IMG/VR virus record: IMGVR_UViG_3300038492_000258
Span: 108,995 to 172,994 of that record
DNA length: 64,000 nucleotides
Reading direction: 5' to 3' (one strand)
Origin: a virus
Taxonomy: Duplodnaviria > Heunggongvirae > Uroviricota > Caudoviricetes
The notes under the pieces were generated by a model, which searched no databases, had not been told where the DNA came from, and saw only the letters and a list, made by a program, of their open reading frames with translations. Positions 35,617 through 44,628 of this stretch are shown here, in pieces (positions within the stretch are counted from its first letter, which is position 1; the number at the start of each line of letters is the position of its first letter). The position numbers and the translations under genes were made by a program.

Positions 35617-36631
35617 ACTTGTTTGTATCGACGGCTGGGAAATTATTTCAGGCAAGGGTAACTATTCTGCGGGCGATACCGTAGTACATGTTCCACCCGA
35701 CGCTATGGTGCCAATGGCACGAGCCCAAGGATGGGGTGTAGACAAATACCTGTCCTTCCGTGGACAAGCCGAAATGGGCCGAGTCAAGGCCCAGAAACTA
35801 CGTGGCGTAGTTAGCTTCGGCTTCCTGGTTCCTAACGATACACAATCGGAGGTCGGCACCGACCTACGCGAACATTATGGCATCGAAAAATACGAACCAC
35901 CGGCACCTGGGATGGACGCTGGTAGAGTGCGTCATTGTCATCCTTTGTTTCATCGGTATACTAACATCCAAAATCTTCGAAACCATACTAGGAAACTCGA
36001 TTACGAACAAGAATTAATTGTAACCGAGAAAATTCACGGTACGAATAGTCGTGTTGGATGGGTTCGGCGTCTAGATCCCGCCGAAGGCGAGTCTGAATTC
36101 GAAAAGGTTGTAGGAACCCACAATACTCAACGGAAGTTGGAAGAGTGTGGTATTTACGGACTGCCTTTTGAATTGTACGATGACCAATTGGAACACATAT
36201 TTCTTGAGGCACAAAAATACTGCCCGCCTGGTGAGCAACTAAATTCTCTAATTATTTTTGGTGAAATCTACGGTGCTGGCGTTCAAGACCTTCATTACGG
36301 TAAAAAAGAACAAAAGGGATATCGTGTTTTCGACATTACCCTGAACGGTCGATACATTCCGTGGAAGACTATGGCCGCTTTGTGCGACGTTTATCGAGTA
36401 CCTACCGTAGAAGTTCTAGAACGTGGCTACTTTGGTTTCGATGACCTAAAGGCACTTGCCGAAGGCAATACTCTACACGACGATTCGCATATTCGTGAAG
36501 GAATTGTGGTGCGTCCGTTCGACCAAGAACTAACCTGGGGTCGCACAGAACGCGTCAACGACCGTCGCATGATTTTCAAACTAATTAATCCAGATTACTT
36601 GCTTCGCAAGGGTGGATCGGAGTATCACTGA
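35546..36631 (+). CDS. RNA ligase, Rnl2 family
   Basis: Nucleotidyltransferase motif I EKIHGTN as in T4 Rnl2; 361 aa. Confidence 0.55.
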   Translation: MSDLLVNVVQVNEVKPHPNADRLELVCIDGWEIISGKGNYSAGDTVVHVPPDAMVPMARAQGWGVDKYLSFRGQAEMGRVKAQKLRGVVSFGFLVPNDTQSEVGTDLREHYGIEKYEPPAPGMDAGRVRHCHPLFHRYTNIQNLRNHTRKLDYEQELIVTEKIHGTNSRVGWVRRLDPAEGESEFEKVVGTHNTQRKLEECGIYGLPFELYDDQLEHIFLEAQKYCPPGEQLNSLIIFGEIYGAGVQDLHYGKKEQKGYRVFDITLNGRYIPWKTMAALCDVYRVPTVEVLERGYFGFDDLKALAEGNTLHDDSHIREGIVVRPFDQELTWGRTERVNDRRMIFKLINPDYLLRKGGSEYH

Positions 36632-36900
36632 TGTTTAAAGTAGAATGCGGATCTTGTGGCGGAACCGGCCTCTATAAAGGATTTGCCGAACCTGAAGGAT
36701 ATGCGGTGATTTGTCGCAATTGTGGTGGTAAAGGATACACGGAAGCTACCCACGTTAGCTCCGAAGCGAAAATCTTTGAACGCCGGAAACGCAAAAATGG
36801 CATTAGATATGTTATGACAGATGGCGGTGCATGGTTTGTGCGTGGAGCGGCCAGTCAAACTCCACATATTACAATCGACGAATTCAACGAACGTTACTAG
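36631..36900 (+). CDS. zinc-ribbon protein
   Basis: CGSCGG...CRNCGG. Confidence 0.35.
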   Translation: MFKVECGSCGGTGLYKGFAEPEGYAVICRNCGGKGYTEATHVSSEAKIFERRKRKNGIRYVMTDGGAWFVRGAASQTPHITIDEFNERY

Positions 36901-36974
36901 GGGCGTAGCCAAGTGGTAAAGGCTCTGCTCTGATAAAGCAGGATGCGGAGGTTCAATCCCTCCCGCCCCTACCA
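36899..36974 (+). tRNA. tRNA-Ile (anticodon GAU), CCA encoded
   Basis: Acceptor AGGGGCG/CGCCCCT, anticodon arm CTGCT-CTGATAA-AGCAG, T arm GGAGG-TTCAATC-CCTCC. Confidence 0.65.
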
Positions 36975-37105
36975 GCTCACCGAAGGTTCGCAATGGGATG
37001 GATAACCGATATTTATATTGAGGGTAATTACCTATATGTGATTACCCGAAATATTAATGATATTTATCACGAATTAAGCTCACGAGATTTTTATAAAATT
37101 CCGTT

Positions 37106-37501
37106 ATGAGAGAGCCTAACGAAAGAGACGAAATGGTTCGGGTTATGGCCATCCAAAATGGTTGTGAACCATACTGGCATAATGGTATTTTTGGATGGGC
37201 CTATCATTGTGGATGTGACGACGGATTGCACAATTGCGACCAACAATGTTCAATGATTGACGAAACGTCCGCAGGCCGTAAACGTAAAAAAGCGGCAGTA
37301 GCTCCTGAGCCACAAGCATTTACGTTAATTATTGAAGTTGATCCACAAAAATGTGGTGGCCGCCCGGTTATTGTTGGCACTCGATTTCCGGTACAACAAT
37401 TGTGTACCGAATTGGCTGCTGGCGAAATGACAGTAGAAGAGATCTTTGAAGATTTTGATCTTCCTAAAACAGCATACATGAAATTTAAGGAAAGAACGTG
37501 A
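37106..37501 (+). CDS. DUF433-like domain protein
   Basis: C-terminal GGRPVIVGTRFPVQQLCTELAAGEMTVEEIFEDFDL resembles DUF433; Cys/His-rich N-terminus. Confidence 0.35.
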   Translation: MREPNERDEMVRVMAIQNGCEPYWHNGIFGWAYHCGCDDGLHNCDQQCSMIDETSAGRKRKKAAVAPEPQAFTLIIEVDPQKCGGRPVIVGTRFPVQQLCTELAAGEMTVEEIFEDFDLPKTAYMKFKERT

Positions 37502-37522
37502 TTGGTATATACAACATCATTG

Positions 37523-37598
37523 GGCCCTGTAGCTCAGTGGTGAGAGCAGCATTCTTATAAAGTGAAGGTCGGAGGTTCAATTCCTCCCAGGGCTACCA
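37523..37598 (+). tRNA. tRNA with AU-rich anticodon loop (anticodon UAU most likely; assignment uncertain)
   Basis: Acceptor GGCCCTG/CAGGGCT, D arm GCTC-AGTGGTGA-GAGC, T arm GGAGG-TTCAATT-CCTCC; anticodon stem has mismatches, loop CTTATAA. Confidence 0.45.
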
Positions 37599-37600
37599 AT

Positions 37601-37795
37601 ATGTTAGGAACATTGACGGCGATTATCCTATATCTCATAGGTATTAGTGGATGGTATTGGGTCTTTCAAGAGGACACAACTGTTAATCGACTACAAGTAC
37701 TAATATTAGCTGTACTATGGCCAGCCGTTGTTTTTGTCATGGAAGTATTTGTGGTCATTTTTTGGTTATTCGAAAATCGTGAAAAAACATCGTAA
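37601..37795 (+). CDS. small membrane protein
   Basis: MLGTLTAIILYLIGISGWYWVF..., 2 TM. Confidence 0.3.
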   Translation: MLGTLTAIILYLIGISGWYWVFQEDTTVNRLQVLILAVLWPAVVFVMEVFVVIFWLFENREKTS

Positions 37796-38084
37796 AAAAT
37801 CAAAAGATCAAGATCGCCATGCCCGAGAACGCTGCAAAGAAAGATTTGGGGTTAGCCTGGACACGAACTTACTGGTAAGCAAAATTCAGAAAAATCAACT
37901 AAGTGTAATTTGTCGTCAATCGCTTAGATTAACTGTATATCGTTATGAAATTGCCGGACAAGATGCTGCTGTAGTTTATGATAAACAACGCAAAACTATT
38001 GTTACGGTGATGCCATACGAGTGGACATTAAGTGACGATTTTCAGAACACAAGAGAAGCAAGTCCAAAATGCAGCTCACGCTAA
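37779..38084 (+). CDS. basic hypothetical protein
   Basis: GTG start; KKHRKKSKDQDRHARERCKERFG... about 100 aa. Confidence 0.3.
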   Translation: MKKHRKKSKDQDRHARERCKERFGVSLDTNLLVSKIQKNQLSVICRQSLRLTVYRYEIAGQDAAVVYDKQRKTIVTVMPYEWTLSDDFQNTREASPKCSSR

Positions 38085-38229
38085 CAAAAGAGTTTATTGA
38101 TTTAGTAAGAGGCGTTTATAGCGATCCAGATCCATTCTCGGTTGGATTTGCTATGGCACTTACATTAGGATCACTTACTATCGTTCCTATTACTGTTATT
38201 GCAGATACTGTTCTGGCGATTGTTAGACA

Positions 38230-39105
38230 ATGCAAATCCACATCGTAGCTAAAGGTAACTATTTCGAGCATTACGGCAAGGCATTAACTAATGCTTGTCG
38301 TGAGCTTGGACATGATGTACACTGGTTTAAAGAGGATACTTACGAGGTGCCCTACTTTAAGGCAGATTTACATATTGTAGTTGGTCCTAATGTTTATAAT
38401 CATCAAACTGTTTTACGGCTAGACGGGCACCGAGTAGGAATTCTCACCGAACAACTACCACATATTGAGGCTCCGCTCTCTCCTTTTGTTATTGACCGAG
38501 CCCAACAATTTCAACGTCATTATCCGGTATATCATCGTTATGTAGACTGGAGTGCTGCACACTGCGGCTGGCTACGAGTAACCTTTCCGGGTATTAACCT
38601 CATTTATTTTCCCCACGGCTGGATTGATCATGGGCTCACGCCCGTAAAGTCGTCAGATTGCAAATATGACATTTGTTTTCTCGGAGAGAATAGTCGCCGC
38701 CGAGAGATGATCTTAGATCAAATTAAGGCCCTCGGCCTTAGTGTGTATCCTCGAAGCAGAGGAGTTTGGGGACAAGAAAAATTAGAAGCAATTCGTAACT
38801 CTAAACTTATTCTCAATGTTCATTTCTCAGACGGCCCAAAATCATTTGAAGCTCATCGTATTTTTGATGCTGCATCATTGGGCCGCCCCTTCCTTTCAGA
38901 AGAGATGAACGCATACGGATTCGAAGACATTATTCTGCAAGCAGAATATGAAAAGATTCCCCAAAGAGCTAGAGTGTTATTGCGAAGCAATCGACAATTA
39001 GATAAAAGAGGAAGGCTGCAAATAGAAGAATTAAGTAAGTTTAAATTAACTACGCTGATCGACGCTCTCGTAAATAATAAGGAGCACGCATATGGCGAAG
39101 GGTGA
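38230..39105 (+). CDS. glycosyltransferase-like protein (CgeB/GT1-like, tentative)
   Basis: ICFLGENSRRREMI...LILNVHFSDGPKSFEAHRIFDAASLGRPFLSEE resembles GT-B C-terminal half. Confidence 0.35.
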   Translation: MQIHIVAKGNYFEHYGKALTNACRELGHDVHWFKEDTYEVPYFKADLHIVVGPNVYNHQTVLRLDGHRVGILTEQLPHIEAPLSPFVIDRAQQFQRHYPVYHRYVDWSAAHCGWLRVTFPGINLIYFPHGWIDHGLTPVKSSDCKYDICFLGENSRRREMILDQIKALGLSVYPRSRGVWGQEKLEAIRNSKLILNVHFSDGPKSFEAHRIFDAASLGRPFLSEEMNAYGFEDIILQAEYEKIPQRARVLLRSNRQLDKRGRLQIEELSKFKLTTLIDALVNNKEHAYGEG

Positions 39106-39766
39106 TCCTTTAGTCCGCCAGCGAATGCTTGAGCTTGGATGTGGAGATAATCCACGTCCTGAGCGTGGTTTTAGATATTGGGGCGTAGATAACGCGGAAG
39201 GTTTTGTTCCAGCTTGTCAACGCAAATTGGCTGATCAAGGGTTCGAAGTCTATACTCATACAGATTTTGTGCCCGAAATGCGTGAAGAACGATACCCAAA
39301 CATTGTTCATTTCTTTAATGGTTGTAATCTGGCGGATGGACATTCTCTTAGGAATCTATTTCCTTTAAATTGGTTCGATAGAGTGTTGGCCGATCAGGTT
39401 TTGGAGCACATTCCGAGAGTTGCTCAAAAGACTTGGGGCAATAAGCCACAAGCAGAGACGTTTAATCCAGTAATTGCACTACTTAATCAAATTTGGCTGG
39501 TATGTAAGTCAAATGCGTACGTACAATTTAATGTGCCAAAATGGAATAGTGCGGAAATGTGGCAAGATCCAACTCATGTAAATCCTGTCCCGCCGCAGTT
39601 TTGGAAATATTGGGATCCTGCCGATGAATGGAATTTAAAGAAGTCTTACGGAATTAATGCCAGCTTCCGCCTCGATGAGGTGGTAGACTGTGGCTGGTAC
39701 CACATCTTTAGGCTTACAACGATCAAAAAACCTGAACAAGAAAGGTTTTGGCACAACAGGGAGTAG
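39092..39766 (+). CDS. class I SAM-dependent methyltransferase
   Basis: Motif I LELGCGDN, motif post-I ... DRVLADQVLEH. Confidence 0.55.
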   Translation: MAKGDPLVRQRMLELGCGDNPRPERGFRYWGVDNAEGFVPACQRKLADQGFEVYTHTDFVPEMREERYPNIVHFFNGCNLADGHSLRNLFPLNWFDRVLADQVLEHIPRVAQKTWGNKPQAETFNPVIALLNQIWLVCKSNAYVQFNVPKWNSAEMWQDPTHVNPVPPQFWKYWDPADEWNLKKSYGINASFRLDEVVDCGWYHIFRLTTIKKPEQERFWHNRE

Positions 39767-39834
39767 CTCAGTCTGGTTAGAGCGGGCGGTTTGGAACCGT
39801 CAGGCCGGGGGTTCAAATCCCTCCTCCCTGACCA
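39757..39834 (+). tRNA. tRNA-Pro (anticodon UGG), CCA encoded
   Basis: Acceptor CAGGGAG/CTCCCTG, anticodon arm GGCGG-TTTGGAA-CCGTC, T arm GGGGG-TTCAAAT-CCCTC. Confidence 0.7.
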
Positions 39835-39971
39835 ATACATAGTATGATTGCTAAATTCGACACTTTTATGGATCGAGCCGTCAGTGGTCTCTGGCGAATT
39901 GGCGGCTTGATTATTTTCTTATGGGTGGTTAAATTGCTAGTCGCCATGTCTATGGGACTATTCGTGCTCTG

Positions 39972-40202
39972 ATGATCTGGCAAGACGCAGTTTTTGCAAC
40001 CGGAACTTTGTTCATGGCAATTTCTACGTTGCCAATCATCTTTAACAAAGATTCAAAAGTTCCTCGATCGGCAAGTTTGATCAGATCGACAGTATACACT
40101 GTATTTACATATACCTATATTTCTCTTTCTTTCTATTGGTCAGCAGCTCTTATGTTTCTTGATTTGCTCTGCTGGCTCTTTATAGCTTGGAAACGTGTGT
40201 GA
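39972..40202 (+). CDS. small membrane protein
   Basis: 76 aa, 2-3 TM. Confidence 0.3.
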   Translation: MIWQDAVFATGTLFMAISTLPIIFNKDSKVPRSASLIRSTVYTVFTYTYISLSFYWSAALMFLDLLCWLFIAWKRV

Positions 40203-40204
40203 CT

Positions 40205-40281
40205 GGGTCCTTGGTGTTAACGGATAGCATAGCAGACTCTTAATCTGTCAGGTCTAGGTTCAAATCCTAGAGGACCCACCA
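40205..40281 (+). tRNA. tRNA-Lys (anticodon CUU), CCA encoded
   Basis: Acceptor GGGTCCT/AGGACCC, anticodon arm GCAGA-CTCTTAA-TCTGT, T arm CTAGG-TTCAAAT-CCTAG. Confidence 0.65.
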
Positions 40282-40333
40282 TATTTTGCTTCGCAAATAG
40301 TGTATTATCTCCTGAGGCCCACTTAATCGTGGG

Positions 40334-41182
40334 GTGTCGTATGGCATGACGTTTTTGAGGAGAAAGATAATGAGTTTACAAGCAAGATCTGGTATTATTG
40401 AAGATAATTGGCAATTAATTCCGTTTCTAAACGTAAAGTATGGCCCTGAAGACTGGGAATACTTAGATCAATATCGCACGCCTGGCAATTCTGGCGTAGC
40501 AGTGGTTTGGTTCCATGGTGGCGGTGGTGTCATTGGCACTAACGATATCGATGTCGCGAATCATCCGTTTGATGCATTCCGCAACGCAAAGCAGGATGTT
40601 GTATCTGTTAAATACGGCCTTTCTGACGAAGGGGCGACTTACCCAAAACAGCAGATTTCTGCTGGACGTGCCATCAAATGGTGTTATGATGAAGGGTACA
40701 CCAAGGTTGTCGTATTCGGCAACTCTTGGGGTGGCATGATTGCGGGTCTCGCTACGCTCGACGCTGATAAAGCGGCGATTAAGCGTGCCGATGCTCAAGT
40801 TCTTTGGGGTGTTCCTACTGACTTCTGGACCGTGACAAGCCCAGACGCCAGCGGTAGTTTGCCGGCATACTTCACCGGAAATTATTCCGGTGTTGCTATT
40901 CCGCATTCGACACTAACTGAATCTCAGTTAAAAAGCGTTTCTATGTGGTGGATCGCTGAAAGCGGTCAACTGCACGTTCCGACGTTTTGTAGTTATTATA
41001 GACGAGTTGGAGTTTCTGGTGAAATCTTCAATCCGCATGATGGTTATTACGCTCAACATATCATTGACAAAATGATCGCGTTGGGTGAAACAAATACTGA
41101 ATCTGAAAACACATCAAGTACCGGTGGTATCCTAGCGATTGATGCTAGTGGTATCGCTAACTGGATCGATAATCTGGGCTAA
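40334..41182 (+). CDS. alpha/beta-hydrolase fold esterase/lipase
   Basis: Oxyanion HGGGG and nucleophile elbow GNSWGG. Confidence 0.55.
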   Translation: MSYGMTFLRRKIMSLQARSGIIEDNWQLIPFLNVKYGPEDWEYLDQYRTPGNSGVAVVWFHGGGGVIGTNDIDVANHPFDAFRNAKQDVVSVKYGLSDEGATYPKQQISAGRAIKWCYDEGYTKVVVFGNSWGGMIAGLATLDADKAAIKRADAQVLWGVPTDFWTVTSPDASGSLPAYFTGNYSGVAIPHSTLTESQLKSVSMWWIAESGQLHVPTFCSYYRRVGVSGEIFNPHDGYYAQHIIDKMIALGETNTESENTSSTGGILAIDASGIANWIDNLG

Positions 41183-41194
41183 ATAGTCCATGGT

Positions 41195-41284
41195 GGGGGC
41201 GTTTACCGAGCGGTCGAAGGTATCCGGCTTTTAACCGGGCGGGCGAAAGCCCCATCGTGGGTTCGAATCCTACCGCCCTCACCA
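41195..41284 (+). tRNA. long-variable-arm (Ser-like body) tRNA with Lys anticodon (UUU), CCA encoded
   Basis: D region ACCGAGCGGTCGAAGGT like tRNA-Ser; anticodon arm TCCGG-CTTTTAA-CCGGG (E. coli tRNA-Lys loop); extra arm GGGC-GAAA-GCCC; discriminator A. Confidence 0.5.
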
Positions 41285-41334
41285 ACTAAATTTTACGAAG
41301 ACTCTCTTGACAATACGACAAAGTCGTGTAGAAT

Positions 41335-41697
41335 GTGGACACTATGACTACGAAACGAACCAAGAAGAAGTTTCCCCTGGCGGACGTACTCACCATCGTT
41401 TGTGGCATCGAACTTGGCGAATCTGGCCGAGAGGGTGCCCTGAAAGTTGCTCGTTTTTTCATGGATGAGAAAGATATGTCCATGGAAGAGTTAGAGCAAC
41501 GCGGCTATGATATTCAGCAGTTGCTTCGAATTCAATTGACGCAATTTTCACAAATTGACGCTGAGGTTGATCAATACGAGAAATTCCTAGCAGCCGCAGA
41601 AGATCAGTCACAGGCCGACTCGCTTGCGGACGATTTCGTTACGCAACAGATGCATACTCACGGAGAAACTGTAGAAGTACATAAAATGGGGTCGTAG
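41335..41697 (+). CDS. acidic hypothetical protein
   Basis: 120-aa ORF. Confidence 0.35.
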   Translation: MDTMTTKRTKKKFPLADVLTIVCGIELGESGREGALKVARFFMDEKDMSMEELEQRGYDIQQLLRIQLTQFSQIDAEVDQYEKFLAAAEDQSQADSLADDFVTQQMHTHGETVEVHKMGS

Positions 41698-41764
41698 CCC
41701 AATCGGCAGAGGCAACAGACTTAAAATCTGTCAAGTGTGGGTTCGAGTCCCACCGACCCTACCA
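41688..41764 (+). tRNA. short-variable-arm tRNA with Leu anticodon (UAA), CCA encoded
   Basis: Acceptor GGGGTCG/CGACCCT, anticodon arm ACAGA-CTTAAAA-TCTGT, 5-nt variable loop, T arm GTGGG-TTCGAGT-CCCAC, A73. Confidence 0.55.
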
Positions 41765-41834
41765 ATCAGGTGAAGGACTTTATCCGAAGATTCGGATTTA
41801 CTATTCACGTATTAGTATTCTGGATTGTCGCTTC

Positions 41835-42080
41835 TTGTCTGATAACTATAATCTTAACCTTGTTATGAATGACACCACTAACTGGATTGACGTTTATGTC
41901 AGATCTAACGACGACTTTCTTGCACGGGAACGTTGGCCTTCGGTGCTTTGCTGTCGACCATTAACCGGGGAATGTATAGAAGCAGATTCTAAAAAACTTG
42001 GTAAAGTTTGCCGTGTTACGCACCGAAGAAAATCAGATGGTTCTCCTTATTTGGAGATTGAAGTAACAAAACTAGTTTAG
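41835..42080 (+). CDS. hypothetical protein
   Basis: 81-aa ORF. Confidence 0.3.
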   Translation: MSDNYNLNLVMNDTTNWIDVYVRSNDDFLARERWPSVLCCRPLTGECIEADSKKLGKVCRVTHRRKSDGSPYLEIEVTKLV

Positions 42081-42087
42081 AACAAAT

Positions 42088-42163
42088 GCACGAGTAGCCC
42101 AACGGCAGAGGCACATGGCTTAGGACCATGCAAGTGTGGGTTCGAATCCCACCTCGTGTACCA
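42088..42163 (+). tRNA. short-variable-arm tRNA with Leu anticodon (UAG), CCA encoded
   Basis: Paralog of 41688 tRNA; anticodon arm CATGG-CTTAGGA-CCATG, G37, 5-nt variable loop, A73. Confidence 0.55.
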
Positions 42164-42178
42164 TACATTTTGTGTAAA

Positions 42179-42490
42179 ATGCCGAAAGTAACTGCACAAG
42201 ACTTGGATTTTTGCGTTGAGCAAATCGTTGAAGCTGCTACCAATTGGAATACTTATCCTGGATTTGGTGGAGAACGTTGTGGTGGTTGCTATGCGGAAGC
42301 AAATGTTTTAGCTGATGGACCAGGATGGTTTTGTCCTTGTGGACATTGGAACATGCAATGCAGAAATCATCAACGTCCTCACGAAGAACCCACTTTTGGC
42401 CCCATGGCTTGTACGATCAAAAGGGCACATCGGATTGTGACTAGTGTTTATGCTGGTCACCAAAAAGGTAAAAGGTGGATTAAAAAATGA
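42179..42490 (+). CDS. Cys-rich hypothetical protein
   Basis: ATG after tRNA; CGGCYAEA...CPCGHW. Confidence 0.3.
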   Translation: MPKVTAQDLDFCVEQIVEAATNWNTYPGFGGERCGGCYAEANVLADGPGWFCPCGHWNMQCRNHQRPHEEPTFGPMACTIKRAHRIVTSVYAGHQKGKRWIKK

Positions 42491-42819
42491 GATTTGATAA
42501 CATGAAGTCTACCGGCACACAATACTGTGGCCGTGACGTTTATGAAATGCAGACTTCGGCCAACACATTTGATAGTGGCATCTTAATTCGTGGAAGTAAA
42601 TCTCAGTTACAAAGAATTAAAAAAGCTCTCAATCGACCCGTGGGGCAATATATCGTGCTTATTAACGACGCTAATAACGCCATGCGACCCTATGGGCCAT
42701 TTGAAACATATAAAGACGCACAAGAATATGTAGATAGACGTAAGCAATCGAGAGCAAGAACTGCTCCTAGTGTTCATGAGGGCAATTATATTATTCAATA
42801 TCTATGTGAAGTCAAATGA
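42487..42819 (+). CDS. hypothetical protein
   Basis: 110-aa ORF. Confidence 0.35.
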   Translation: MRFDNMKSTGTQYCGRDVYEMQTSANTFDSGILIRGSKSQLQRIKKALNRPVGQYIVLINDANNAMRPYGPFETYKDAQEYVDRRKQSRARTAPSVHEGNYIIQYLCEVK

Positions 42820-43103
42820 CAGATCATACCGAAGAAATCGCCGAGCTTGAGCAACGTGTACGTCGTCTCAAAGAAGAGCAACGTGCATTTAATAACCTAT
42901 CTAAGGCACAAAAAATTGCCGATGCTCTGCACGGCAAGTTATGTCGCCAAAACCATACGGACGGATGTGGTTGGGGATATGAAAGCTGGGATAAGCCAGG
43001 CCATGCCAAAAAAAGATATCTTGACGCAGCAGAAAAAGTGCTGCGTCAAGTGGACTATCCCCGAGCAGTAAAAATTGTGGAAGCACTTGACAGGCTTGCA
43101 TAG
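42816..43103 (+). CDS. hypothetical protein
   Basis: 95-aa ORF. Confidence 0.35.
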   Translation: MTDHTEEIAELEQRVRRLKEEQRAFNNLSKAQKIADALHGKLCRQNHTDGCGWGYESWDKPGHAKKRYLDAAEKVLRQVDYPRAVKIVEALDRLA

Positions 43104-43115
43104 CGTGATATAATG

Positions 43116-43189
43116 GGGGAGATGGTGTAATGGCAGCACGACGGTCTCATAAGCCGTTAGTTCAAGTTCGAATCTTGATCTCCCTACCA
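43116..43189 (+). tRNA. tRNA-Met (anticodon CAU; elongator or Ile2-type), CCA encoded
   Basis: Acceptor GGGGAGA/TCTCCCT, anticodon arm ACGGT-CTCATAA-GCCGT, T arm TCAAG-TTCGAAT-CTTGA. Confidence 0.6.
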
Positions 43190-43196
43190 AAATAGA

Positions 43197-43385
43197 ATGA
43201 CTAATAACGATAAAACTCTCTGTAATTGGTGGGAACTCCATCACTGGGGCCCTTGGGAACAAGTTCATGAAACGATTATAGAACCCGAGGGATATGCTGA
43301 CGGTGAGTATACAATTATTCAAAAACGCGTTTGTAAAAAATGCGGTTTCACTAAACTTAATAAACAATCTCAAATAATTTCTTAA
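43197..43385 (+). CDS. zinc-ribbon small protein
   Basis: 62 aa, CKKCG. Confidence 0.3.
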   Translation: MTNNDKTLCNWWELHHWGPWEQVHETIIEPEGYADGEYTIIQKRVCKKCGFTKLNKQSQIIS

Positions 43386-43387
43386 TT

Positions 43388-43720
43388 ATGGCTAATAAAA
43401 TCGCAGTTGTCGATCCCGCTCACGTTCGTAACGGTCAAACCCGCAGTGCGGTTGCTAATATCAATCGTCTTCTTAGCCAACTGTGGCGAAGCCACATGGC
43501 CAATGACGATAGTCCGGGACTTGTAATTAAGTCTCGCTTTTTGGATCGCAGAAGCGTGCGTCAAAACGTTGTCAAGCTTTTTAGTGACCAAGGCTGGACC
43601 GTTACACCCGAACTTATTACATATGGTGGCGAAGAAAACGGTAAACCCATCAAAAACACTGCCGGTCAGGTTCGTCCTCTCTTCAATGTTTGGTGGCTAC
43701 GTTTTCAGCTAGAAAGCTGA
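43388..43720 (+). CDS. hypothetical protein
   Basis: 110-aa ORF. Confidence 0.35.
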   Translation: MANKIAVVDPAHVRNGQTRSAVANINRLLSQLWRSHMANDDSPGLVIKSRFLDRRSVRQNVVKLFSDQGWTVTPELITYGGEENGKPIKNTAGQVRPLFNVWWLRFQLES

Positions 43721-43731
43721 TCTAAAATCAG

Positions 43732-43805
43732 GGGCGATTAGTTTAATGGCAAAACTCCCGGCTTACATCCGGAAGATGGGGGTTCGATTCCCTCATCGCC
43801 TACCA
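43732..43805 (+). tRNA. tRNA-Val (anticodon UAC), CCA encoded
   Basis: D arm GTTT-AATGGCA-AAAC, anticodon arm CCCGG-CTTACAT-CCGGA, T arm GGGGG-TTCGATT-CCCTC. Confidence 0.65.
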
Positions 43806-43806
43806 A

Positions 43807-43880
43807 AGGTCGTTAGTGTAGTGGTAACACAACAGATTCCAAATCTGTATACCGGGGTTCGATTCCTCGGCGGCCTGCCA
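43807..43880 (+). tRNA. tRNA-Trp (anticodon CCA), CCA encoded
   Basis: Anticodon arm ACAGA-TTCCAAA-TCTGT, T arm CGGGG-TTCGATT-CCTCG; separated from tRNA-Val by 1 nt. Confidence 0.65.
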
Positions 43881-43894
43881 ATACGGAGCAATTA

Positions 43895-44086
43895 ATGCCA
43901 ACATACGATTACAAGTGTATGGCCTGTGGCCATAGCCTGGAAATTTTCCAGAAAATCACCGAAGGTGCCAAACGAAAATGCCCCGAGTGTGGAGCACTCA
44001 AGCTAAAGCGGCAGATTGGCACCGGAGGTGCTATTATTTTCAAAGGTGAAGGATTTCACTGCAACGACTATCCGAAAAATGAGTAA
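43895..44086 (+). CDS. FmdB-family zinc-ribbon protein
   Basis: MPTYDYKCMACGH...CPECG. Confidence 0.45.
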   Translation: MPTYDYKCMACGHSLEIFQKITEGAKRKCPECGALKLKRQIGTGGAIIFKGEGFHCNDYPKNE

Positions 44087-44576
44087 CTTAGAACTTGAAT
44101 TAGAAAAGGCGATCAAAATTGCCCTAGAAGCTCATGCGGGCCAAATGGATAAGGCGGGGCAACCCTATATTCTTCATCCTTTGGCGGTTATGGGTATGGT
44201 GGCCACAACCGCCGAAAAAATCGTTGCAGTACTACATGACGTAATCGAAGATACTGACGTAACAATGCTTATTCTCCGAGGAGCCCTTGCTGTCGGAGAA
44301 GAGATTTTTGAAGCTATTGAAGCAATTACAAAACGCAAAAATAAAGAGTCATATCTCGAATACATGAATCGGGTGCGTGCCAGTAAAATCGCTACAATTG
44401 TAAAATTGGCCGATATGGCCCATAACACCGATCCGGACAGAATTAGCTATTTGAGCATTCAAAAGCAATTGCGTCTTGTAGCTAAATACGCCCGTGGACG
44501 CCATTATCTCAAAACTGGCGAATGGCACTCTACTCGCCAATTAGAAGAATTGATTAGGGCGGGATATAGACAGTAA
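44079..44576 (+). CDS. HD-domain phosphohydrolase (RelA/SpoT-type (p)ppGpp hydrolase-like)
   Basis: HAGQ...YILHPLAV...HDVIEDT pattern of the RelA/SpoT HD domain; ATG 44079 overlaps previous stop. Confidence 0.5.
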   Translation: MSNLELELEKAIKIALEAHAGQMDKAGQPYILHPLAVMGMVATTAEKIVAVLHDVIEDTDVTMLILRGALAVGEEIFEAIEAITKRKNKESYLEYMNRVRASKIATIVKLADMAHNTDPDRISYLSIQKQLRLVAKYARGRHYLKTGEWHSTRQLEELIRAGYRQ

Positions 44577-44628
44577 AGGCCCTGAGGAGCAAAATCTACT
44601 AAATACCCCTTCCTCCGAATTCTGTAAT

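Noticed and set aside
37523-37598. Ochre-suppressor reading (anticodon UUA) of the tRNA with loop CTTATAA
   Set aside because: The best stem register places UAU at 34-36; the UUA register needs a worse stem. Kept as tRNA with uncertain anticodon.
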